Assembly (NCBI GenBank): GCA_001687465.1
Contig: LVLI01000360.1
Span: forward strand, 1-58,504
Length of the DNA: 58,504 bases
From: Halocafeteria seosinensis
Taxonomy: Eukaryota
Direction: 5' to 3'
The notes below the pieces were generated by a model, which saw only the letters and a program-made list of their open reading frames with translations, had not been told where the DNA came from and made no database searches. Positions 1 to 10,627 of the stretch are shown piece after piece (position 1 is the first letter of the stretch; every line of letters starts with the position of its first letter). A program made the position numbers and the translations under genes.

Positions 1-245
1 GGTCTAGACCTTTAACAGCAAAGCGGCGAAGCAATGGAAAAGGGTATGATTAAAACCGAAGAGCATGTTGAAATTTTGATTTTGTGAGTGTGGAACATGG
101 AAGCTACGTTGTACACTGCAGCTCTGGGAAGGCACTGTACTGCAAGGAACCCTCACACAGGCCGAAGACCACTACGAAGAATACTCGGCCATGGACGACA
201 TAATACACCCGTATGTATGTGGGTTTATGGCGGTCAGTATTACAT

Positions 246-735
246 CTATAGACACATACATACTGTATGTGACAGATAGCTCACCGGATGGGAGTTGACC
301 GCAACATCTTCATGAGGAGCGGTATGCGCCCGTGTCAAGCAGCGACGGGGCGGCTGTTCCTGCAGCCTTGCTGACATGCGCCGTGAGGGAACGCAACAAT
401 GGTTTTGCTTAGGAGGCATCGGGGGAAGGCGCCATGGCTGTGCTAACGCTGTCAAACTTACCGACGAGGTTCAGCCTAGGAGGAGAAGGCCCTGTGCCTG
501 CCCCGGCGACGCCAGGACCGGTTGCAGAAGCGCAATTAGGATTAAGGGTTGGTCCAGACGAAGCAGTTGTGGCCATTGACATGCAGCCACCTGACGTGGG
601 AGGTGGCGCCCCAGGAGTTCCGTACATCTCAGTTTCGTCAACATAGCCCAGATTGTAGTACATTTCCTGCTCGAGGTCAAAGAAGATGCGGCTACCCAGG
701 TCGTTTTGAAGTGCATCGTAGTGGCGGTACCCAGT
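246..735 (-). mobile_element. Longest copy (A) of a (TG)n-tailed dispersed element, non-LTR retroelement-like; 5' boundary uncertain (about 655-735)
   Basis: Homologous to 2471-2872 (+) and 3934-4231 (-). On the minus strand it ends GCTATCTGTCACATACAGTATGTGTATGTG, the 3' terminus shared with the other copies. Confidence 0.6.
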
Positions 736-859
736 TTACTAGCGGCATTTCCGCATCCAGTAGCGTCAATTTGTTGATGCGGTACGGGTAGTATTTACGC
801 TACGTTTGAATTGTATCCACTAGTATGGCACGACTAAAGCGTATATTCAAAAACGTCCA

Positions 860-1835
860 CTAGCATTTGACTAATGAATGAAATGACCTATCTATCACCG
901 GAACGGAGTGGGAGTCTGTAACAGGAAGAAGGCGTTCCTTTTCCCTACTGGTTGATTCCCCCTTCTTCAAATTGCTCCGTGAGTGACGCCGCTTCCTAAC
1001 TGTGCCGGATGGTTGGCGAGTCACTTCCTGAGGTACGGGATCGTTCTTCTTCACGTTCTCGTTTGCCAGCAACCTTCTCTGTATCGCATCCTTGCATGCT
1101 CCTCCCTTTCCTAGCGCCGAGTGTCGGGACCTTAAGACCGCGAGGATACTGGGACTGCACGCCAAACAAACGGTTCCTTCCAGGTCTATCGCTTGTTCGA
1201 GTGGGGTGACATAGGCGTATGAGTGTTTACTATAAACCTGAGAAGTAGATAAGCAAGTACAAGATCCAAAAGCATATCAACAAGCAATAGTTTCTTTCCA
1301 AAATTTACACGGTATTAGCAACGATAACAACAATATGAACGTACGAATGCCTTTGAGGGAATCGTTATGTCAGCCCCATATTCCTCAACGAGGATCTTTA
1401 CAAGTGGAGAGTTATCACTGTTGACAGCGCAACACAAAGCAGTTTTTTCTCCCTGGATTCCAACAAAAACAGAAGAGAACATACGATCAAGTCGTAGAGC
1501 AATCAATGACAACAAAGATGTATGGTACTTACAGGGTTGCATGCATTGACATCTACATGACACCTTTCGATCAAGAAACGCACAACGTTGGTGCGTCTGC
1601 TGGCGACCGCACACGCCAGAGGATGGTATACCACCGCGGAACAAAACGATACAGGAATCCTTATCATATTTTCCGAGTTTAGTCGGCTGCCATATTTCTC
1701 ATACAAACGCAGGAGAGTCTCTTTCCAGGTTTCGTTTGGCGGCACGAGCTTCGCATATTTCTCCCGCGGAGCACCACGACAGACATAATACAAGACTGCC
1801 TCGTCTAAAGTTGGCTTTCTAAATGTATCTCCCAT
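860..1835 (-). CDS. Ankyrin-repeat protein, 3 exons (1835-1533, 1452-1345, 1237-860), about 262 aa
   Basis: GT-AG introns 1532-1453 and 1344-1238 join an open frame. Ankyrin-like motifs HPLACAVASRRTNVVRFLIERCHVDVNA and KTALCCAVNSDNSPLVKILVEEYGADIT. An alternative in-frame ATG lies at 1868. Confidence 0.75.
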
Positions 1836-2470
1836 TATGAAGTTGTTTACGAAGAAACAGTGTGACATATGCCTAATCAATGCGACGCACCAACACCGAC
1901 TGGCTGGAAGTTCTTCAAGTTGGGAAACTTTCACTTTGCAACACAATTCAGAACTTTCAGACGCATCAGCGTTGCCCGTTTCTTGATCAAGAGGTGTCAT
2001 GTAGACGTCAAGGTATGCAACCCGGTATATACCATACACCGCTGTTGTCATGCATTGCTCTACGGCTTGATCGTCCTGGAATCCAGGGACTGTGTTGCGC
2101 TGTCCACAGTGATAACTTTTCACTTGCAACCGTGGAGGAATACGGGGATGACATAACGACTCCGTCGAAGACATTCGTACGTTCGTATTGTGGTTATTGT
2201 TGCCCTTTTGCATCTTGTGCTAGTAGTAGCGTGTATTATTTATGGCCTACCGGCTAAGTGGAAATGTGGTTGGGGGATCTTCATGCCGCTTGCTTTTCTA
2301 CTTCTCCGGTTCATAGCAAAAACTCATTCGACTATATCACCCCACTCGGAGAAGTGATAGATCTGGAAGGAACCGGTTGTTTGGTGTACAATCCAAGTAT
2401 TCTCGCGGTTTTTAGGTCCCGACACTCGGCGCTAGGAATGGACAGAGCTTTTAAAGATGCGATACAAAGA

Positions 2471-2872
2471 CTGGGTTATGTTGACGAAACTGAGGTGGAC
2501 GGAACTCCGGGGGAGCCACCTCCCGCGTCAGGTGGGGGCTTGTCATTGGTCACAACTGTTGCGTCGGGAACAACACTTAATCCTGCCTGTGCTGCTGCAA
2601 CCGGTCTTGGCGTCGGCGTCGCTGTGGCAGGCTCAGGGTCTTCTCCTACCAGACTGATCCTTGACGGTACCTCTGACATTGTGGGCGCAGGCATGGCTCC
2701 TCCTCCGATGCCTCCTGAGCAAAATCAATGTTGTGTTCCCTCACGGCGGATGTCAGCAAGGCTGCAGGAACAGCGGGCCCGTCGCTGCTTAACACGGGCG
2801 CATACCGCTCCTCGTTAAGAGGATATGGTCAACTCCCCGGCCGGTGGGCTATTTGTCACATATGTGTGTGTG
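2471..2872 (+). mobile_element. Element copy B, about 400 bp, inserted in the ankyrin pseudogene
   Basis: Flanked by CAAAGA (2465-2470) and CAGAGA (2873-2878). The intact gene has a single CAGAGA at this site (1076-1081, minus). Ends GGCTATTTGTCACATATGTGTGTGTG. Confidence 0.7.
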
Positions 2873-3198
2873 CAGAGAAGGTTGCAAAACCCGGAGAAGA
2901 TAGAAAAGAACAATCCCGTACCTCAGAAACTGACCTCTGACATTGTGGGCGCAGGCATGGTTCCTCCTCCGATGCCTCCTGAGCAAAATCAATGTTGTGT
3001 TCCCTCACGGCGGATGTCAGCAAGGCTGCAGGAACAGCGGGCCCGTCGCTGCTTAACACGGGCGCATACCGCTCCTCGTTAAGAGGATGCGGTCAACTCC
3101 CCGGCCGGTGGGCTATCTGTCACATGTGTGTGTGTGCAGAGAAGGTTGCAAAACCCGGAGAAGATAGAAAAGAACAATCCCGTACCTCAGAAACTGAC
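2671..3198 (+). repeat. Near-perfect 264-bp tandem duplication (2671-2934 / 2935-3198)
   Basis: Direct comparison shows only a few substitutions. The unit spans the 3' half of element B and the following ankyrin-derived flank. Confidence 0.9.
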
Positions 3199-3933
3199 TT
3201 GCCAACCATCTGGCACAGTTAGGACGCGGCGTCACTCACGGGGCTATTTGAAGGAGGGAGAATCAACCAGTAGGGAAAAGGAACGCCTTCTTCCTGTTGC
3301 AGACTCAGTCCATTCCGTTGATAGACAGATCATTTCATTCATTAATCAAACGCTTGTCGACTTTTATCCAATATACGCTATGGTCGTGTCATACTAGCGG
3401 ATACAATTCAAACGTAGCGTACGTGCTATCCTGCATCAACAAATTGACACCACTGGGCGCGCAAATACCGCTATGATATACCGCATACGACATTCTGTAT
3501 CTGGTATCCCCATACACAAAAGAATTCGAGATCCGTCACGCTTTATCCAAGATGCCGGTGAATGGTGCAGAAGCTGCAGAACACCAAAGTCAGCGAGAAG
3601 TTGTTAGCGAACCAATTCTTGATCGTCACGTGGAATACGGTAAGTACAGGAGTATAAAATCGTCACGTCTGCATCGTTGTGGATACGGTGGAGAGTGTGT
3701 GTGTATTGGTATTGCTCCTACCGGAAGACCGGTGCAGATCTTTTCAAATCTCGTTCCTCCTCATCTACAGTAGTACACTCAATGGAGTCTCCACACCACC
3801 AATACTGTAGGCGTTTGGTTTGATTTCGGACTCTGCCTTACTAGTACGCTACCCCTAGAATTGTATTGCTAGTATGACTGGACTAAGGCGTATATTCGAA
3901 AAAGTCCCCTACTAAAGGTAGCACTTGACTAAT

Positions 3934-4231
3934 ACACACACACAACTGTGACAGATAGCCCACCAGCCGGGAGTTGCTTCAGGAGGAGCGGTATGCGCCC
4001 GTGTTAACAGCGACGGCCCGCTGTTCCTGCAGCCTTGCTGACATGCGCCGTGAGGGAATCAACACTGGTTTTGCTCAGGAGGCATCGGGGAGGAGCCATG
4101 CCTGTGCCAACGACGTCAGGGAGGCTCAGTTTGAAAGGAGAAGGCCCTGAGCCTGCCACAGGGACGCCAGGACCGGTTGCAGCAGCGCAGTTAGGATTAA
4201 GTGTTGGTCCAGACGCAACAGTTGTGGCCAA
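3934..4231 (-). mobile_element. Element copy C, about 300 bp, 5'-truncated
   Basis: Perfect 8-bp direct repeat TGACTAAT at 3926-3933 and 4232-4239, with a single copy at the empty site 868-875. (CA)n tail on the plus strand from 3934. Confidence 0.75.
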
Positions 4232-4266
4232 TGACTAATCGATGAAATGAGCCGTCTATCAACCGA

Positions 4267-4300
4267 CACACACACATATGTGACAAATAGCCCACCAGCC
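4267..4300 (-). mobile_element. Element copy D, 34-bp 3'-terminal stub
   Basis: Perfect 8-bp direct repeat TCAACCGA at 4259-4266 and 4301-4308. The insert consists only of the shared 3' terminus plus the (TG)n tail. Confidence 0.7.
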
Positions 4301-4376
4301 TCAACCGAACGGACTGCGAGCTTTTATCAGAAGAAGTCGTGGTACAGTAGTCGATTCTCCTTTAAATACACAGAAT

Positions 4377-4630
4377 GCACACACGCGCATATGTAGGCTT
4401 GTGCATGATGTAGTGTGTGTGTGTCCAGCGGCCAGGAAGTTGACCGCATCCTCTCAACGAGGAGCGGTGTGCAACAGCGAACGGGCTCACTGTTCCTCCA
4501 GCCTTGCTGACATGACATGCGCCGTGGGGGAACGCAACACTGGTTATGCCCAGGAAGTATTGGGGGTGAAATAGCCCTTGCCCCCCCAACATACATATGT
4601 GACAGATAGCCCACCAGTTGACCGCATCCT
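4377..4630 (-). repeat. Two further degenerate fragments of the same element (about 4377-4566 and 4588-4630)
   Basis: Contain GTTGACCGCATCCT, GCCTTGCTGACATG...CGCCGTG and CATATGTGACAGATAGCCCACCAG. No clean target-site duplication is visible. Confidence 0.6.
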
Positions 4631-4928
4631 AGCCTGTCGGTCGCGACGTTCTGACCGATGCTTCCTAATAACGGTGAGTGCCATTAAGTACTGGTTCTTC
4701 CGTCCGTTCAAGTCGTTTCATGATGCGTTGATATGCTTTCCTCCTGCTCTTCCAAGCAGCGTAGTGCCCTTCCAATACATTGTAGTTATAACTCTCCGAG
4801 ATGGCATCTTCGTCCCCACCCAACTTCACAAATCTTATATTGAGTCTATAAAGCAATGTATAGCTCGTATCTCCATCGTGAGTTGGTGGCACACAAGCGG
4901 ACGAAGCTTTATTGATACTGGGCCGAGC

Positions 4929-6286
4929 ATGTCCAAGTCCCAGATCGGATGGCGGATCCTGGAGGGATCTCGTAAACACACTATTGACTGCCGTTTGACC
5001 TTCTTGAATGGTCAATGCTTCAGCTGGAAGGAGACCGAGGAGGGTGTCTTCACCCGAGTAATTGGAAGGCGTCACCATTTAGTCAGCGTTCGAAACCGAA
5101 AGGGATTGGAGGGGGTAGAGTTCCAATTGTGTACAACCAGACAGCCCGTGACGGGAACGACAAAGGGCAGAGGAAGCGGCGGTGGCGCGTCTAACTTGCT
5201 GGATGTGCAACAGGAGCTGCAAAACCATCTACAGCTTTCCTATGACATGGTCCAACTAGCAAAACAATGGTCGACGAGTGATGATCCCAGGTTGCAAGTG
5301 ATATTGCAACATCTCCCCGGCCTACGAATACTCCGTCAGGATGTGGTGGAATGTCTATTTTCTTTCATATGCAGTAGCAACAATAACATCAAGAGAATTA
5401 CGCAGATCTTGGATAAACTAAGGCAGAACTATGGAACATTTGTTGGACAGGCCAACGGGATAAGTTTCTTCTCCTTTCCGGAAACCGAAGATTTATCGAA
5501 GGCGACAGAAACGGAACTGAGGAAGCTGGGCTTAGGATACAGAGCAAAGTTCGTGGCCAACACCGCTCAGAGGCTGACGGAGCTGGGAGGAAGAGAATAC
5601 CTGGAAGGATTGAGATTGAAGGACAGAGAAGCAGTTATCGAGGAGCTGACTAACCTAGATGGGGTACGTTAGCGTTTCAAACGCTCTCTCTCTTGCAGCG
5701 AACCGGTATCACTATAGAGTTGCTCGGAATATTTCAGGTCGGAAGAAAAGTAGCCGATTGCGTCGCATTGTTTTGTTTGGATAAGGCGGACTGTATTCCT
5801 GTAGATACTCATGTAAGTTCACAGTAATACGTCGCATCGTTCGGCCAGCCAATGGAATACTTGAAGCATCTACAGGTATGGGCTATTGCTTGTCGTGAGA
5901 TGGATTCGTCTTTAAGGGAAGTTAAATCTCTCACTCCAAAGATATACAATTATGTCGGAGAACTGTTTCGCAAGAGATATGGGGACTTCTGCGGATGGGC
6001 ACACAGTTTAATGTTTGCTGCAGAATTGGAACCATTCCGCAAGCGTTTACCTAAAGAAATGCAACAAGAAATGGCGAGTTTTGCAGAAGAAGAACGGCAA
6101 CTCAAAGTTGCTCGAAAGCGTAATCGTGAATCACCTGGAAACGGAGATACGAAGCCCAAAAACTCGTCCAAGAAGAAAGGCAAGAATACTACCCCAAAGC
6201 AAGACGCTCCTGATAATACTATTGGCTCTACTCATGTTGTCGAGACTGGCACTCAGGATGTGTCGTCAAAACGTAGTCGCAGGTGA
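4929..6286 (+). CDS. OGG1: 8-oxoguanine DNA glycosylase (HhH-GPD), introns 5664-5737 and 5813-5875
   Basis: GQCFSW, GLRILRQDVVECLFSFICSSNNNIKRI, LGLGYRAKF, spliced HhH LDG|VGRKVADC, PVDTH|VW and GWAHSLMF; basic C-terminal tail. Confidence 0.93.
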
Positions 6287-6469
6287 AGCACCAAAACTTT
6301 CCAAGACTCTATCAAGAGTAACAACGTAACATGATAACTTACTTACATGTTGTGAAGGTTCCGCTGGACTTCACAAACGCAATGATTTAGTTTATAGGTG
6401 TCGTAGCGGGTTGTATACGATGGATACACGGTAGCTTTCGTGGTGTCCTCCTTGGCGGTCGGTTGTACA

Positions 6470-9400
6470 ATGGGCTACGGATCCTGGGCGTCCCTATCAG
6501 GTGCTATACGCCACGATATCAGGTGTCGTTTAGTAGGAACTCGTCCCAACTCAAAGCACTGTCTCAATAATGTCTCCATTAGGCGCTTTTTTCGGCGCTA
6601 TCACCAATATCCAACTACACTACCATCTTCTCGGTACTCATGCGAAAGAGTTGCGCCATCGTTGGCTTTAGAAAACAGCTCCCCTGCTGTGATTAACTCA
6701 AAAAACTTCGCCACCAATGCGACGAAGTCGACCGAGAGGAAGATCGAGGATATTTACCAGCGGAAGACCCCCATTGAGCACATTTTACTGCGCCCAGGGA
6801 TGTATATCGGATCTACGGGGAAGGATGTCACAACTACATGGCTATTCGATGAGCAAGACCCAAGCAAACTGGCACTGCAGGATGTGGAGTACGTTCCGGG
6901 AATTGTAAAACTGTTTGATGAAATCTTAGTCAATGCCCTCGATAACAAGGAGAGAGATAAATCGATGAATCTCATCAAGGTCGATATTCACGACCCATAT
7001 GATTCCAAGAAGGGCCCAGTTATTTCGGTTTGGAACAACGGGAGAGGGATACCGGTTAAGAAGCATCGGAAAGAAAACGTGTACGTCCCTGAATTGGTAC
7101 TAGGGAATTTGTTGACAGGAAGCAACTTTGATGACTCAATCGACACCATGTCGGGAGGAAGATATGGTTACGGGGCGAAACTCACGAACATATTTTCCAC
7201 ACGCTTTACCATAGAGACGACTGATAAGAAATCGGGGAAAAAGTTTGAGATGGTACGGTCGTTTTTCATGGGAACGTGGAGGAAATCCTGGTGAATACTT
7301 TGATGATGTAACGCAGACCTGGACGGACAACATGCAAACTAGGAGTGAGCCAACTATCACTTCCTTAGATAAAGCCGAATCTGATTACACTCGTGTTACG
7401 TTTCGACCAGACCTTGCCAGTACGTGTTTCATTCCTGAAAGCATTTCTTCAAGCGCGCTTATTTGGCATACCACGACGCAGAGTTCGGACAGGAAACACT
7501 AGATGAAGGATCCTTAAAGATGATAATGTTGAGGACGCTAGACGCTGCAGCTGTCTATGAGGGCGTAACTGTGGAGTTGAATGGGAAGCAACTTCCGGTA
7601 GCTGGGTGCGTACGAAGATGTCATTGTACTTCATTTTCCATTTCACATTTGCTATATTCGGGTAGTTCAGGTTTCAGAAGTATGTTGAGCTTCTACAAGA
7701 CTCAGCTGTTCGCCAAGCGGCGGATCAAGGGATTTCCTTAGAAGGAAGTGAAAAAGCTGTATATCACAAGTTAAACAGGCACTGGGAATTTGCCGTTGGA
7801 CCTACCATCGGTGCTAAGCCTCTTAATCACCTGACTTCTGGCGGCTCCTCGCTTTCACATGGGTATGCCAATAGCCCGGAGGGGATGAGCTTTGTTAACG
7901 GTATTCGGACAAACAGAGGTGGAAGCCACGTAAGCGCAATCATGGAGCAACTATGTCGAAAAGGGGCAGCACTGCTGCAGAAGAAGAGAAAAGATTTGTC
8001 CATCAATGCCCAACAGGTGCGAAATCATATCAGGCTATACCTTAACACCCGAGTACAGAATCCTAGTTTTGACAGCCAGTCTAAGGACTTTCTTACAACC
8101 TCGGCGGAGGACTTCGGAACTTCTGTGTCTCTCTCCGATGCTACCGTGAGCAAATTGTTTCAGAGTAGTGGTCTAGAAGATGCCATTATTGCTGCTCTTG
8201 AGGCCAAGCAGAAGGCTGAGTCGCAAAGAGCTGTTAAACGGAGTCTTAGAGACCAGAAGGTTAAGGGGATTCCGAAGCTAGAAGATGCAAACTGGGCCGG
8301 TGGCAGGAAAGCAGATCAAACAACTCTCATTCTAACTGAAGGAGATTCTGCCAAAGCGCTTGCCGTTGCCGGACTTGCTATAGTTGGAAGGGACAAATAC
8401 GGTGTGTTTCCGTTAAGGGGAAAGCTGCTAAATGTTCGCGAGTTGAACCCAAAGTCGGCCGTTCAAAACAGCGAGGTTGCTGCCTTACTTACAATCTTAG
8501 GATTGGATTTCAATAAAACGTACAAAGGCCTGACGTCGAAGCAGCGAGGATTGCGGTACGGGAAGGTCCTAATTATGACGGATCAAGATGACGACGGCAA
8601 TCACATTAAAGGGTTGCTAATTAACTTATTCCATAACTACTGGCCAGAGCTTTTGAAAGAAAAAGATGGGTTTTTGGAGCAGTTTATTACCCCCGTGGTG
8701 AAGGCAAAGAAAGGGAAACAGAAAGAGGAATTCTTCTCAGTTAGCACGTTTCACAAATGGTTTCAGAGTCTCCCTGATGCTTCCAAGTGGTCGATAAAGT
8801 ACTATAAAGGATTGGGGACTAGTACGGCCCAAGAGGGTCGCGAATACTTCTCCAATTTGGATAAACACCTGATCTCCTTTTATTGGAGTAGTGAGAACGA
8901 TGGAGATAAAATTGATATGGCGTTTTCCAAAAAACGAGCAGAAGATCGTAAGAAATGGCTTCTGGGTAAGCCACTTGATGATGTGGCTAGACCACCGTTG
9001 GTGATAGACTCAAGTGAAATTGCTACTGAAGATACAAATCGAGAGTCCAATGGTGTCTCGTTTGGGTCCTTTATTGATGAAGAACTAGTGGAGTTCAGTA
9101 AGGCAGATCTAGCGCGGAGCATTCCCAGTGTTATTGATGGCCTCAAACCCTCTCAAAGAAAGGTTCTGTTTGCTTCATTAAAGAGAGCTGGAGCATCTAG
9201 TACTGGGCAGGAAATTAAAGTTGCACAGTTGGCCGGCTATTGTGCAGAGAAAACAGCATATCATCATGGAGAGGCTTCTCTTATTGCTACCATTGTCAAT
9301 ATGGCGCACGACTTCGTTGGCTCCAACAATGTACCACTGTTGCAGCCTATCGGTCAGTTTGGAACACGTTTAGCCGGTGGCAAAGACGCAGCCTCGGCTA

Positions 9401-10599
9401 GATACATTTTTACAAAACTATCCAGCATTACGCGGATGATTTTCCCCAGTGCTGACGATGCGTTGCTCGCGTATCGGAATGATGACGGTGCTCCGATCGA
9501 GCCTACAGTGTTCGTACCCATTCTGCCAATGGCTTTGGTTAACGGGGCCGAAGGGATAGGAACAGGCTGGTCCACCTCCGTGCCTTCGTATCATCCCGTG
9601 GAACTCATAGATATTTTACTTAGCAAGTTGGGAAGTGTCTCCGAGACATCAGTTTCCGAACCACAGCCGTGGTTCAGAGGCTTTACAGGAACGGTTACGA
9701 AGTCCCCTACTGGTGGTTACGTTACACATGGCTCAGTCAAGTGGGAATCAATGGACCGGGCGTCACGGGGAAGAAAGAGTCGCAAAAATGAGGATAGCGA
9801 CTCTGATGAAGTATTAACTATTGATGAGCTGCCGGTGGGGAAATGGACTGACGACTATAAATCCTTTTTATTAGGTCTACAGACAAAGGGACTCGTGGAA
9901 TCTTTGCGAGAATATCATTCAGAAACTAGCGTCAAGTTCCAATTGAGCCTTACAGAGAAAGGAAGGGAGATGCTCCAGCAGGAGTCTCCGAATAAAGCCC
10001 TGAAGCTTTCCTCCTCTGTATCAACGAAGAACATACACCTTTTTGACACCACTGGTACTGTAAAGAAGTACCACAACCCTCTGGAAATCGTCGATGAGTT
10101 CTTTGATGTGAGACTTGACCTGTATCGGAGAAGGAGACGGCGTCTTATCCGCATGTACCAAGCGGAGGCACGGAAAGCTTCGAGCAAGCAGAAGTTCATC
10201 AGGGACATCATCAATGGTGATCTCAAAATAGCAAAAAGGAATCAGGCGGATATACTCCAAGACATGGCAAACGCGGAGTATGTTAACTCGGTCCATTTGG
10301 CGAAACAAATGGCTGAAGAAGAATTTAACGATGGTATTCAGTCTCATCAAGCCTTAGGAAGCAGCCAATTACCCGAAGATGAAGAAGGAAATATCTCCAA
10401 AAAGGGGTATGAGTATTTGCTCAACCTGCCTTTTATGCAATTGACTCAAGAAAGCATAAACAAAGCACAGGCAGAAGAACAAAAACTCACTCAACAGCTT
10501 CAGCAGATCGAAAAATCTACCCCGGAACAGCTGTGGATTGATGAGCTTCGGCAGCTACGTGAAGAGCTCCTGAAGGATCATTCATACGATTCGCATTAA
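6470..10599 (+). CDS. TOP2: Type IIA DNA topoisomerase with an N-terminal extension and no C-terminal regulatory domain; 3 introns
   Basis: EHILLRPGMYIGS, FDEILVNA, GGRYGYGAKLTNIFS, TOPRIM LTEGDSA / PLRGKLLN / MTDQDDDG, and the catalytic ASARYIFT. The frame stays open across three GT-AG introns between 7253 and 7670. Confidence 0.95.
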
Positions 10600-10627
10600 A
10601 GGTTCGTTCCGTAATACACACACTACG

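Larger units (their letters stand above)
1958..3472 (+). pseudogene. Inverted, 5'-truncated, decayed duplicate of the ankyrin gene plus its 3' flank
   Basis: Matches the reverse complement of about 740-1599. It lacks the start, has deletions around the exon-2 start, and its intron-2 acceptor is mutated (cttctcCG versus cttctcAG). It is interrupted by element copy B. Confidence 0.8.
3857..4320 (-). pseudogene. Third, short fragment of the ankyrin gene 3' end/flank carrying two element insertions
   Basis: 3857-3933 resembles 808-875, 4232-4266 resembles 868-901, and 4301-4320 resembles 895-915. Confidence 0.65.

Noticed and set aside
1836..2213. N-terminal half of the 236-aa minus ORF 1503..2213
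   Set aside because: It is mostly the antisense reading of the inverted pseudogene copy. Ankyrin coding plausibly starts at 1835 or 1868.
246..4630. CRISPR-like or satellite array interpretation of the repeats
   Set aside because: The units are long, irregular, in both orientations and gene-derived, with no constant repeat/spacer periodicity. The context is eukaryotic.
4578..4928. 117-aa N-terminal extension of OGG1 in the ORF track
   Set aside because: It begins at a TTG inside an element fragment. The first in-frame ATG is 4929, where OGG1-like sequence begins.
6470..10599. TOP2 as an endogenous giant-virus gene
   Set aside because: It has three spliceosomal introns, a targeting-like N-terminus and ordinary cellular neighbours, and there are no viral hallmark genes nearby.
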